From positions 1,399-65,398 of the forward strand of contig JAUWZV010000001.1 of NCBI GenBank assembly GCA_030615105.1: a DNA stretch of 64,000 nucleotides, given 5' to 3'. Within the stretch, counting starts at the first letter, position 1; each line of letters starts with the position of its first letter. Below the pieces are notes generated by a model. The model did no database searches and was not told the DNA's origin. It saw only the letters and a program-made list of their open reading frames with translations. Made by a program: the position numbers and the translations under genes. This stretch comes from Desulfobacteraceae bacterium (GTDB lineage Bacteria; Desulfobacterota; DSM-4660; Desulfatiglandales; B25-G16). Below, in pieces: positions 26,907 through 36,747 of the stretch.

Positions 26907-28721
26907 ATGTCTGGTGATACACTGGTTAGTCTTTTTCACAAAATGGCCTTGAAGAAAAAAGAACAGACGGCCTTAAGAAAAAAAGACTTTGGCGTCTGGA
27001 ATCCCATCAGCTGGAACGAATACAATGAACACGTCAAATACTTCTGCCTGGGGATGAGATCATTGGGGCTTAAAGCCGAAGACAAGGTGGGCATACTTGG
27101 AGAGCCCCGCTCTGAATGGATTTACGCTGAATTATCCACCCAAACTGCCGGGGCCATTGTGGTGGGGCTCTATTCGACAAGCCCACCTCCCCAGATCCAT
27201 TATATTCTCCACCATAGCGAGGCCGTATTTGTTATAGCCGAGGATCAGGAACAGGTAGATAAAATTTTGGAAATTAAAGATGATCTCACGATGCTCAAGC
27301 AGATCATTTATATGGATCCAAAAGGTCTCAGACATTACGAAGAGCCCATGCTCATAAGTTTTTCAAAGGTAGAGGAGTTAGGCAGGGAAATTGATGGAAG
27401 AGAACCCCATTTGTATAATGAATTGGTTGCCCAGGTTAAAGAAGATGACATTGCAATGATCATCTATACGTCTGGGACAACGGGCAATCCGAAAGGCGCC
27501 ATGATTTCCCATCACAATATCAAGGCCATGATCGATGATATGACAAAGATAACAGGTATTTGTGAAAAAGACTCTGTAGTCAGTTACCTTCCTTTGTGTC
27601 ACATCGCTGAACAGATTTTTTCTGTTTTTATTCCTTTAAAAGTTGGGGCAGTTTGTAATTTTGCCGAAAGCATAGAAACGGTAAACGAAAATATTCGTGA
27701 GATTTCTCCAACAATATTTCTCGGAGTTCCGAGAATTTGGGAGAAAATGCATAGCGATATCTTGGTGAAAATTGAGCGATCAACCCCCCTAAAACGCCTC
27801 CTTTTCAAGTTGTTCATGATACCTGGAGAAAAGATGGCACAAAAGAAATTTTCCAAGAAGCGAATTGGTCTCATCTTGAGAATTTTAAACTTTATCGCTT
27901 ACTATGGATTGTACCGCGCGCTGCAGGACAAATTAGGCCTTCTGAGAGGGAAACTGATCATAAGTGGAGCGGCAGCTATAGGCCCCGATGTGATTCAATT
28001 TTTTCATGCAATAGGCCTTAATGTTCGTCAAGCCTACGGCATGACTGAGACAGCAGGATTGACCTTCATACATCAAGATAACCAGGTCAAATTAGATACG
28101 GTTGGTAATAGTATTCCCAGCCTTTCAGTTAAGCTTGCAGAGGATGGTGAGATATTGAAGAAGGGGGAGTCTGTCTTTGTTGGATACTTCAAAGACCCTG
28201 AAAGCACTGCCGCCGTAAAGAAAGACGGCTGGCTCCATACGGGGGATATTGGGGAGTTCGATGAAGATGGCCAACTGAAGATAGTAGATAGAAAAAAAGA
28301 CCTGATTGTCACACCGGGTGGTAAAAATATTGCTCCTCAATATATCGAAAACAAACTTAAATTCAGTCCTTATATCGGTGAGGTGATTGTAATCGGTGAG
28401 AACAAAAGATACATCGCGTCTCTCATTCAGCTTAATCTGGATATGGTAAGCGAATGGGCCATGGCCCAGAAAATCTACTTTACGACCTATACGGATCTCT
28501 CCAGGAAACCGGAGGTTTACGAATTGATTGCCGACGAGATTCGAAATGTAAACAAAACGTTATCGCGTGTAGAGTCAATCAAGAAATTTCTGATTCTTGA
28601 AAAGATGTTGGATCACGATGATGAAGAGCTAACCGCCACCATGAAAATCAGACGAAAAAAACTGATACAACTTTACGAAGAAAAGATCGAGGAACTGTAT
28701 ACTAGTGGTTATACCGTTTAG
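26907..28721 (+). CDS. AMP-forming acyl-CoA ligase (long-chain-fatty-acid--CoA ligase family)
   Basis: IYTSGTTGNPKGAM AMP-binding motif, GYGMTE-like YGMTETAG, HTGDIGEFDEDGQLKIVDRKKD. 604 aa. Confidence 0.85.
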   Translation: MSGDTLVSLFHKMALKKKEQTALRKKDFGVWNPISWNEYNEHVKYFCLGMRSLGLKAEDKVGILGEPRSEWIYAELSTQTAGAIVVGLYSTSPPPQIHYILHHSEAVFVIAEDQEQVDKILEIKDDLTMLKQIIYMDPKGLRHYEEPMLISFSKVEELGREIDGREPHLYNELVAQVKEDDIAMIIYTSGTTGNPKGAMISHHNIKAMIDDMTKITGICEKDSVVSYLPLCHIAEQIFSVFIPLKVGAVCNFAESIETVNENIREISPTIFLGVPRIWEKMHSDILVKIERSTPLKRLLFKLFMIPGEKMAQKKFSKKRIGLILRILNFIAYYGLYRALQDKLGLLRGKLIISGAAAIGPDVIQFFHAIGLNVRQAYGMTETAGLTFIHQDNQVKLDTVGNSIPSLSVKLAEDGEILKKGESVFVGYFKDPESTAAVKKDGWLHTGDIGEFDEDGQLKIVDRKKDLIVTPGGKNIAPQYIENKLKFSPYIGEVIVIGENKRYIASLIQLNLDMVSEWAMAQKIYFTTYTDLSRKPEVYELIADEIRNVNKTLSRVESIKKFLILEKMLDHDDEELTATMKIRRKKLIQLYEEKIEELYTSGYTV

Positions 28722-28744
28722 ATTAAATAAATAGGATCTAAAGA

Positions 28745-29644
28745 ATGGGCGAAGAATTGGAATATCTAATTCAAACGATCATGGGGGGGCTATCCACAGG
28801 GAGCGTGTATGCCTTAATTGCCCTTGGGTTTGTTCTGATCTATAAAGCTACAGACGTTTTAAATTTTGCTCAGGGTGAACTGATGATGATGGGGGCCTTT
28901 TTCTGTTTCACGGCCATCGTCTATTTCAAACTTAGTTTCATTCCCGCCTTTTTGCTATCCCTTGTCTTTTCTGCGGTCATAGGCTTTCTCATCAATGTGA
29001 TCGCTATTCGGCCCATGGTAGGCAAACCCGTATTTTCCATAGTGATGATCACTATCGGCTTGGCTACCATTTTTCGAAGTATAGTTGGCCTCATTTTTGG
29101 ACATATTGAGAAACCATTTCCTTCGCCTTTTCCCATTGAAAAAGCCATCAATATAGGAGGCTTATACATCTCCATGGTGCATATCTGGATGATCTCCATT
29201 AGCATCATCTTCGTGCTTTTATTTTACCTCTTTTTCAAGTTCTCAATCCTCGGTATCGCCATGAAGGCCGCCGCCAATGAGCAGATAGCCACCATGCTAC
29301 AGGGCATCAATATCAAAAAAATGTTTGCCCTGTCATGGGGCATTGCTGCAATTACTTCCACGGTTGCAGGCGTTTTTCTGGCCAGTGCGAGCTTCATCCA
29401 TTGTGATATGGGGTTCATTGGTCTCAGGGCATTTCCAGCAATCGTTCTCGGTGGCTTGGATAGTGTGGCGGGAGGGGTCATCGGCGGATTTACCATTGGT
29501 TTGATTGAGAACTTGGCTGGTGCTTATTTAGATAAGGCCCTTGGGGGTGGGGTTAAGGAGATCACATCCTATGTCATTGTGATCTTTATCATGATGATCA
29601 AACCATATGGCCTTTTTGGAAAGGAACATATCGAAAGGGTATAA
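28745..29644 (+). CDS. LIV-type ABC transporter permease (LivH-like)
   Basis: Multi-pass membrane protein. NFAQGELMMMGAF and the C-terminal IKPYGLFGK are typical of LivH. Confidence 0.85.
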   Translation: MGEELEYLIQTIMGGLSTGSVYALIALGFVLIYKATDVLNFAQGELMMMGAFFCFTAIVYFKLSFIPAFLLSLVFSAVIGFLINVIAIRPMVGKPVFSIVMITIGLATIFRSIVGLIFGHIEKPFPSPFPIEKAINIGGLYISMVHIWMISISIIFVLLFYLFFKFSILGIAMKAAANEQIATMLQGINIKKMFALSWGIAAITSTVAGVFLASASFIHCDMGFIGLRAFPAIVLGGLDSVAGGVIGGFTIGLIENLAGAYLDKALGGGVKEITSYVIVIFIMMIKPYGLFGKEHIERV

Positions 29645-29650
29645 GTATTA

Positions 29651-30694
29651 ATGACTAGTGGCAACTTTAAAGAGACCTATAGGGAAGATATAAAGGTTTT
29701 CCAGACCTTTTTCGTCAAATTCTGGTTAGTCCTTTTTATTTTGATCATGCTCTTTCTTCCTTTCATCGCGGACAGATACTTTATCTATCTGGCCAATTTA
29801 TCGGGGATAGCGATCATAGGGGCATTAGGGATAAATCTACTTACCGGATATACCGGCCAGGTCTCACTGGGGCATGCTGCCTTCTTGGCCATTGGCGCTT
29901 ACACCGCAGCTATTTTGTCGTCCAGGTTTGGAATTCCCTTCTGGATCCTTATTTTTGTTTCAGGCATATCCGCTTCCCTGTTTGGCCTGATTATCGGTAT
30001 CCCCTCTTTAAGGTTACGAGGGCTTTATCTCGTGATTACTACTATGGCCTTCCAATTTATTGTAGAACATGTGCTCTTCCGATGGGAGACCCTGACGCAT
30101 GGGGACGAAGGGATTGCACTGCCTGTTCCAAGTATCGCAGGTTTCAGCTTTGAAACGGACCAGAGATTCTACTATCTAATCTTTGTTGCGACCGCACTTG
30201 CCATAATAACCATGAAGAATGTCATCCGGACAAGGACGGGGAGAGCCTTACAGGCGCTCAGGGACAGGGATATCATAGCTGAGACCATGGGTATCAACTT
30301 GGCAAAGTATAAACTCCTGTCCTTTATTGGCAGTTCATTTTATGCCGGTGTGGCAGGAGCGCTCTATGCTTACTACTTGGCTTTTATCAGTCCGGATCAT
30401 TTTAGCCTGATGGTCTCTATTCAGTACATCGCCATGATTATCGTTGGGGGTATGGGGACTATACTTGGCTCCATCTTCGGGGCTGTCTTCATTATCTTGC
30501 TTCCAGAGATGCTTGGCTTTATGAGCAGGGGTATTGCAAGCCACTTCCCTCTTTTCGAAACCGGTTTTGGAGATGTGAAAAACCTTGTTTATGGGCTCAT
30601 CATCGTTGGCTTTCTGATCTACCAGCCCGACGGGCTTTATGGGTATTGGATCAGGATCAAGACCTATTTTAAGACTTACCCGTTCACCTTTTAG
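29651..30694 (+). CDS. LIV-type ABC transporter permease (LivM-like)
   Basis: LLTGYTGQVSLGHAAFLAIGAY and GINLAKYKLLSFIGSSFYAGVAGALY are typical of LivM. Confidence 0.85.
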   Translation: MTSGNFKETYREDIKVFQTFFVKFWLVLFILIMLFLPFIADRYFIYLANLSGIAIIGALGINLLTGYTGQVSLGHAAFLAIGAYTAAILSSRFGIPFWILIFVSGISASLFGLIIGIPSLRLRGLYLVITTMAFQFIVEHVLFRWETLTHGDEGIALPVPSIAGFSFETDQRFYYLIFVATALAIITMKNVIRTRTGRALQALRDRDIIAETMGINLAKYKLLSFIGSSFYAGVAGALYAYYLAFISPDHFSLMVSIQYIAMIIVGGMGTILGSIFGAVFIILLPEMLGFMSRGIASHFPLFETGFGDVKNLVYGLIIVGFLIYQPDGLYGYWIRIKTYFKTYPFTF

Positions 30695-30808
30695 ACCTAT
30701 GATCCTAACGTGGGCGGAAAAATATCTTTAGAGGAAGGGAGGTGACAAATGGTTTTTGTTAATTTTGGGAATGAAATATTAATGTTAAACAATGAGGAGG
30801 TATAAAAA

Positions 30809-32020
30809 ATGAAAAAGCTGATGTTAATCATGGTGTTTTTTGCCGCTATGCTATTTGCAACACTGCCAGTTATGGCTGGTGGTGTTCCAGGCGTGGATGA
30901 AAAGACTATAAAGATTGGAATGCTGACAGATTTTTCCGGCCCCGGGAGGCATCCGGGACACGAGTGTTATATGGGCGTTAAAATGTGGGTGGATCAAGTG
31001 AATATGAAAGGCGGTATCAATGGTCGGAAGATCAAGCTTTTTTATGGTGACCATGGTTGGGATCCAAGCCGGGGTATGGCTGAGGCCAGGCGCTTAGTCG
31101 CCCAACATGACATTTTTGGCCTCGTTGGCACCTGTGCTAGCTCTGTCAATAAGGTCCTCATGCCATTTTTAAAAAAGGAGAAATTACCTAACATCGGTCC
31201 CATGTCTGTTTCCAGATTCCTGTGGGATCCGCCCAAGAAATACACTTTTGCCATCCTCACGGACACGAATCGTGTTTTCCAGGTTTTGGTGGAGTATATC
31301 GTTCAAGACCTTAAAGTGAAAAATCCCGCGATCGGTATTATCTATCAGGATGATGCATGGGGGAAGGATGGCCTTCGGGGCCTGAAGACGGCTGCCAAGA
31401 GGCATGGGATTACACTTGTAGCCGAGGAATCTTACAAACGGGGTAGCGTGGACTTTGCCACACAGATGCTGAATTGCAAGAGGGCTGGGGCCAAGTATAT
31501 TTTCCATCCAGGCTTCTCAGCTGCTATGGCAGGCATTATGCAAGAGGCCGCCAAAATTAATTATTCTCCAAAATTTCTTGGTGAGACAGGCTGCATGACT
31601 TTTTCAATGCTGAAGGTCGCCGGAGCATTGGCTAAAGATCAGATTTTCGGGTACCCCTGCGCCGTGGATGGTGTGGAAGTTTCGGGAATAAAAAAGCTCA
31701 AACAGATAAGCAACAAATACAGGCCGAAACTTGATTCCAAATTTAAATCGGGTGACAAACTGGATCCCAACTATATTATAGGCTATGGTGCAGGCTTAGT
31801 CTTCGGGGAAGGTTTGAAGAGAGCTGGTCGCGATATAACACGAGAAAAATTTATAAAGGCGTTGGAAAGCCTAAAGGATTGGGAAATGGGCGGCATCTTC
31901 GGCCCTGTTACTTATGGTCCGGATGATCGCGATGGATCTGGCTGGACCATGGTATATAAGGCAGATCCAGAGAACATGCGTTTTGTCCCAGTGACCGGCT
32001 TCAGAAAGCCCGCACAATAG
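30809..32020 (+). CDS. ABC transporter periplasmic substrate-binding protein (LivK / Peripla_BP_6 type)
   Basis: Signal peptide MKKLMLIMVFFAAMLFATLPVMAGG. IKIGMLTDFSGPG start, typical of this binding-protein family. Confidence 0.85.
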   Translation: MKKLMLIMVFFAAMLFATLPVMAGGVPGVDEKTIKIGMLTDFSGPGRHPGHECYMGVKMWVDQVNMKGGINGRKIKLFYGDHGWDPSRGMAEARRLVAQHDIFGLVGTCASSVNKVLMPFLKKEKLPNIGPMSVSRFLWDPPKKYTFAILTDTNRVFQVLVEYIVQDLKVKNPAIGIIYQDDAWGKDGLRGLKTAAKRHGITLVAEESYKRGSVDFATQMLNCKRAGAKYIFHPGFSAAMAGIMQEAAKINYSPKFLGETGCMTFSMLKVAGALAKDQIFGYPCAVDGVEVSGIKKLKQISNKYRPKLDSKFKSGDKLDPNYIIGYGAGLVFGEGLKRAGRDITREKFIKALESLKDWEMGGIFGPVTYGPDDRDGSGWTMVYKADPENMRFVPVTGFRKPAQ

Positions 32021-32275
32021 CGAGGGAAAAGGTATCTATAAATAATCCAATCAACTTCCTGCCCACCCGGGACTTAAACCTCAACCGAGGGGTCCTGGGT
32101 AGATGCAGGGATATAGGTATAAAGATGGACCTCCTAACCGGCACTGTAATGCCAACCCCAAGGTGTTTACCACAGGTTGGCCCACAGGTTAAAATAACCG
32201 GACTTGCTGGTGGATTTAATGATTGTTCCACTATTAAGGGTTTCCATTATTATTACTATTAAGGAGGTTAATATA

Positions 32276-33964
32276 ATGTTTGATGCAGAAACCCTAAAGA
32301 AGGATTTGGAAGACCGGAAAGCCTGGGAACGGTCCTTTAAAAAGCGATACTTGAAAAGCTTTGAAAACAAAACACATTCAGGAATTCCAGTTAAATCGGT
32401 CTATTCACCTTCGGATATTCTGGATTTTGACTTAAAAAAATGTCCTTCCCCCGGGAACTATCCATACACACGGGGAATCTACCCGGCCCAATACCAGTTT
32501 CAGGCCTGGATGAACCAGCAGGTACACGGATATGGGCAGGCGGAGGATACCCGGGAGAGGATGGACATATTAGTGAAGGAGGGGATGGAAGGTTACTTTG
32601 GGAACCTGGTTTTTAATCTGGTCCTGGATCTGGTCTCACAGGCGGGATTAGACCCGGATGATCCTGAGGCACGGGGAAAGGTTGGCCAGGTGGGAGTCCA
32701 TATTAGCTGCCTGAAAGACTTGGAGATTCTTTTTGATGGTTTGCCCCTTAAAAAGGTTAATGCCAGTTTTATTGTGGGTGAACCCTCTATCTGTTTGCTG
32801 GCCATGTACATTCTATACGGAGAAGGTCGTGGTGTACCAAAGGAAAATTTAAGAGGCAACACCATGAACTACCTATTGCGGGGGTTTAATTGGGATGTGG
32901 CCATGTATCCCCCAAAGAATGCCCTCAAGATCTCGGTTGAACTGATTCGCTACTGCTCCCGTTTCATGCCCACCTGGAATACGACCAATTTAAGTGGTTA
33001 TATTATTCGGGAGGCAGGCGCCTCTGCTGTCCAGGAACTGGCATTTACCCTTGCCAAGGGAATGAATCTTATCGAGACCTGCATGGAAGCAGGCCTTAAA
33101 CCAGATGATTTTGTCCCTCGCTTTGGCTTTCAACTCGGCTTTCACAACGACTTTTTCGAAGATATTGCCAAGTACCGGGCCTTGCGCCGGATGTGGGCAA
33201 CCATTAATCACGATCGATACGGGTGCCGGAATCCTAAGTCCCTCCAGGCCAGAATTCATACCCACACCTGTGGAAGTTCACTGGTGGCCCAGCAACCCAT
33301 GAATAACATCATCCGAGCGACTCTACAGACATTTGGGGCAGTTCTTGCTGGAACCAATGCCTTGCAGACGAGCGCTTATGATGAAGCTCTTTCAATTCCA
33401 ACGGAGCAGGCAGCCACTCTTGCTCTCAGGACCCAGCAGATTATCCAGCATGAGAGTGGGGTCACAAAAGTATCCGATCCACTTGCCGGAAGCTATTATC
33501 TGGAAAGGCTGACCGACGAAATGGAAAAGAGTGCCTATAAAATTCTGGACACGATCGAAGGGATGGGAGGTTTTATCAAGGCGTACGAAACGGGCTGGCT
33601 TAGGGAGCAAATTGCCGAGGAAGCATTGAAATGGCGGCATCGATTGGATAGTGTGGAGGAGGTCATAGTAGGTTTGAATCGCTACCAGGAAGAGGGAGAA
33701 AAGGTTGAGGTGCCGCACTTTCATGTAGATGAGAAAATCGAGCAACGAGCCATTGAAAGGATCCAGGAATACCGTAAAAACAGGGATCAGGGCAAGTGCC
33801 AGGAAGCATTAAATCGCCTCCGGAAAGTGGCCGTGAAGGTGGAGCAAGGCAACCGGCATTACTTTTTAATGGAGGCTCTGATTGATGCTTACAGAGCCAA
33901 GGCTACCCTTGGTGAGACCATGTCAATCCTGAAGGAAATCTTAGGTTATGGTTATGCTTACTGA
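32276..33964 (+). CDS. B12-dependent acyl-CoA mutase large subunit, paralog 3
   Basis: Track ORF 32204. ATG 32276 follows an AAGGAGGT RBS. Family blocks: YPYTRGIYP, FFEDIAKYRALRRMWATI, HTHTCGSSLVAQQPMNNIIRATLQ, DPLAGSYYLERLT. Confidence 0.85.
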   Translation: MFDAETLKKDLEDRKAWERSFKKRYLKSFENKTHSGIPVKSVYSPSDILDFDLKKCPSPGNYPYTRGIYPAQYQFQAWMNQQVHGYGQAEDTRERMDILVKEGMEGYFGNLVFNLVLDLVSQAGLDPDDPEARGKVGQVGVHISCLKDLEILFDGLPLKKVNASFIVGEPSICLLAMYILYGEGRGVPKENLRGNTMNYLLRGFNWDVAMYPPKNALKISVELIRYCSRFMPTWNTTNLSGYIIREAGASAVQELAFTLAKGMNLIETCMEAGLKPDDFVPRFGFQLGFHNDFFEDIAKYRALRRMWATINHDRYGCRNPKSLQARIHTHTCGSSLVAQQPMNNIIRATLQTFGAVLAGTNALQTSAYDEALSIPTEQAATLALRTQQIIQHESGVTKVSDPLAGSYYLERLTDEMEKSAYKILDTIEGMGGFIKAYETGWLREQIAEEALKWRHRLDSVEEVIVGLNRYQEEGEKVEVPHFHVDEKIEQRAIERIQEYRKNRDQGKCQEALNRLRKVAVKVEQGNRHYFLMEALIDAYRAKATLGETMSILKEILGYGYAY

Positions 33965-34000
33965 TGGGGTGGATATAGCTTTATTTTTGGAGTTGAGAGA

Positions 34001-34432
34001 ATGGCAGAGGGTACAACTAATCAGGCTAAAGAGGAATATGGTCGTTCAGGGCAAGATAGAAAAATAAGGGTATTATTGACCAAATCCCGGATGGATGCAC
34101 ATGATCGCGGGATCAGAGATGTGGCAAAGGAACTGAGTAATGCCGGGATGGAGGTCGTTTTTACCCGGTATGCACTGCCGGAGGAGATTGTGAAGACCGC
34201 CATTCAGGAGGGTTCGGATGTAATCGGAGTGAGTTGCTCTACTGGAGGGCATCTCTACGTGACGGAAAGGATTCAAGACTGTTTGGAAAAAGAAGGGATA
34301 AAAGAGATCAAGGTGATTTTTGGCGGGATCATACCGGACGTGGATGTGCCCAAGATGAAAGAAAGAGGCGTGGTGGGCATATTCGGACCGGGTTCTTCTG
34401 TCCAGGAGATCATCCGGGCAATTACTGAATGA
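34001..34432 (+). CDS. cobalamin-binding small subunit, paralog 3
   Basis: RVLLTKSRMDAHDRGIR carries the DxHxxG motif. Confidence 0.85.
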   Translation: MAEGTTNQAKEEYGRSGQDRKIRVLLTKSRMDAHDRGIRDVAKELSNAGMEVVFTRYALPEEIVKTAIQEGSDVIGVSCSTGGHLYVTERIQDCLEKEGIKEIKVIFGGIIPDVDVPKMKERGVVGIFGPGSSVQEIIRAITE

Positions 34433-34478
34433 AAACAGCCCCTGGCTGGCAGCTAAATGAATTGGAAAAGAGACTTTT

Positions 34479-35273
34479 ATGCTGGGAATCAAAAATCTCG
34501 AAATTACCTATCATGACATTATTCTGGTTATAAAAGGCATATCTTTGACAGTCAAAGATGGTAGTATGGTCGCCCTTTTAGGTGCCAATGGAGCAGGCAA
34601 AAGCACTATTCTGAAGGCGGTATCAGGGGTTCTCGAGGTCGAAGATGGCGATATTGAGGATGGAACTATTGATTTTGATGGGATTCGTCTTAATAACAAA
34701 ACCCCCCATTTCATTGTCAAAAAGGGTCTCATTCAAGTTCCAGAAGGCCGCCGTATCTTTGATGAACTCACCGTGGAAGAAAATATCCGGATTGGCTCTT
34801 TTCTGCGGAAGGATTCAAAGAAGATAAAAGAAGACTACGAAAATGTTCTGGCTTATTTCCCTTCTTTAGTCCACCTAAAGAAGCGCCTTGCCGGTTATCT
34901 TAGCGGAGGAGAACAGCAGATGCTGGCCATTGGTAGAGCCATGATGGCAAAACCACGATTGCTTATGCTCGACGAGCCGTCTCTGGGGTTGGCCCCTATA
35001 CTAGCTCATCAGGTTTTTAATAGGGTTAAGGAGTTTAATAGCAGGGAAGGGGTTTCTGTTTTGCTGGTCGAGCAAAATGCCATTATGGCCTTAGATGTGG
35101 TGGAGTATGGCTACATTATGGAAAACGGCAAAATCGTCTTGGACGGCCCAAGCCATAAACTCGTTGAAAACCCTGATATTAAGGAATTTTATTTGGGACT
35201 TACGGATGTGGGTGGGAAGAAGAGCTATCGGGATATCAAACATTACAAAAGAAGGAAGCGATGGCTTTCTTGA
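34479..35273 (+). CDS. LIV-type ABC transporter ATP-binding protein (LivF-like)
   Basis: Walker A GANGAGKST, signature LSGGEQQMLAIGRA, Walker B LLMLDEPSLGLAP. Basic C-terminal tail KHYKRRKRWLS. Confidence 0.85.
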   Translation: MLGIKNLEITYHDIILVIKGISLTVKDGSMVALLGANGAGKSTILKAVSGVLEVEDGDIEDGTIDFDGIRLNNKTPHFIVKKGLIQVPEGRRIFDELTVEENIRIGSFLRKDSKKIKEDYENVLAYFPSLVHLKKRLAGYLSGGEQQMLAIGRAMMAKPRLLMLDEPSLGLAPILAHQVFNRVKEFNSREGVSVLLVEQNAIMALDVVEYGYIMENGKIVLDGPSHKLVENPDIKEFYLGLTDVGGKKSYRDIKHYKRRKRWLS

Positions 35274-35301
35274 CCTTTTTTACAAATCCTTGGAGGTAGG
35301 G

Positions 35302-36747
35302 ATGGTCGATAATAAAGAAATTGAAAGGTTAAAGAGGACGTATGAAGCCTGGAAAGAAGAGGATTTAGAAGGGCCTATCAGGAAATACGGTGAACGGGTT
35401 GAGAGATTTGAAACAAGGTCGGAGATACCCGTTAAGCCTTTATACACGCCATTGGATATTGAAGGATTTGATTATCTGGAAAAACTCAATTTCCCGGGCA
35501 GGTATCCATTTACGCGAGGCATCTATGCAGAGGGGTACCGTACGAGGACTTGGTTCGTCCGGGGCTTGTTTGGATACGGAACGGCGGAAGAGACGAATCA
35601 GAGAATGAAATTCCTTATTCATCAAGGAGCGACTGGGCTTAACATTGTTTTTGACGCCCCCACGGGTTGGGAAGGCATAGACGCGGATAACCCATTGGCT
35701 ATGGGTGAAGTGGGTAAAAACGGGGTTTCTGTGAATACACTGAAAGATATGGAGGATATGTTCAAGGGACTCCCTGTTGAGAAATTGAATGTAACGTGGG
35801 CCTCCTGTGTTGGGGCATCAAACATACCCCTGACGGCTATGTATATTGCCATGGCCCAAAAGAGAGGTTTAGATATTTCTAAATTAAATGGGGCGGCCAT
35901 AAATGATATCTTTGTGGGATATTCCCTTAACGTCTGTTCTCTGCCTTACACCCATCCCAAAGACGCCCTAAAGGATTGGTGTGATGCAGTGGAACATGCC
36001 ATTTTGCACATGCCGAATTGGTTTCCGTGCTCCATTGCTTCTTATGAGATGGGTGAATCAGGAGCGACGCCCGTTCAACAGATCGCATTTACTATTGCTG
36101 CGGCCATCTCCTATACCAGAGCGCTTATGGAGCGAGGCCTCAAGGCAGAGCAGATTTCTCCAAAATATGCGGTTTTTCTATCCTGTGGGAATATTTTTTT
36201 AGAAGAGGTGGCCAAGTACCGTGCTCTGAGAAGAATGTGGGCCAAGACCTTCAGAGAGAAATTTGGGGTTACGTTAAAGAGAGGGCTGCAGTGCAGGATC
36301 CATACCCAGACCTCAGGATTGACCCTGAGGGCCGAGCAACCCCTAAATAATATTGTCAGAACGACATGCCAGAGTTTAGCTTCCATTTTCGGTGGAACCA
36401 ATTCCTTATACACAGACCCTTATGACGAGGTAGTGGGTCTCCCTACCGAAGAATCTCATCGTCTTGCAATGAGGACTCAACAGATCATCATAGAAGAAAC
36501 AGGGGTTGCCGATACTATCGATCCACTTGCTGGGTCCTATTACATTGAATCTCTCACGGACAAGGTGGAGGAGGAGGCCTGGAAGATAGTGGATAGGGTT
36601 GAGGAGATGGGCGGAATGCTGGAGGCTATTGAAAGACGGTATTTCCGGTCCCTGATTGATGAGTCTTACCATAGATATCTCAAAGCTGTGGAAAACAATG
36701 AAAAGGTTATTGTTGGATATAACAAATACCACCACACAGAAGAACTA
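35302..36747 (+). pseudogene. B12-dependent acyl-CoA mutase large subunit, paralog 4, C-terminally truncated
   Basis: ATG 35302 follows a GGAGGT RBS. The track ORF 35095 is a spurious upstream extension overlapping livF. Family blocks are present up to VIVGYNKYHHTEE. The last ~90 residues seen in paralogs 1-3 are replaced by the 291-bp repeat. No small subunit follows. Confidence 0.7.

Noticed and set aside
35095-35301. N-terminal 69 codons of track ORF 35095..37080
   Set aside because: This stretch overlaps the 3' end of livF in another frame. The real start is ATG 35302, which follows GGAGGT.
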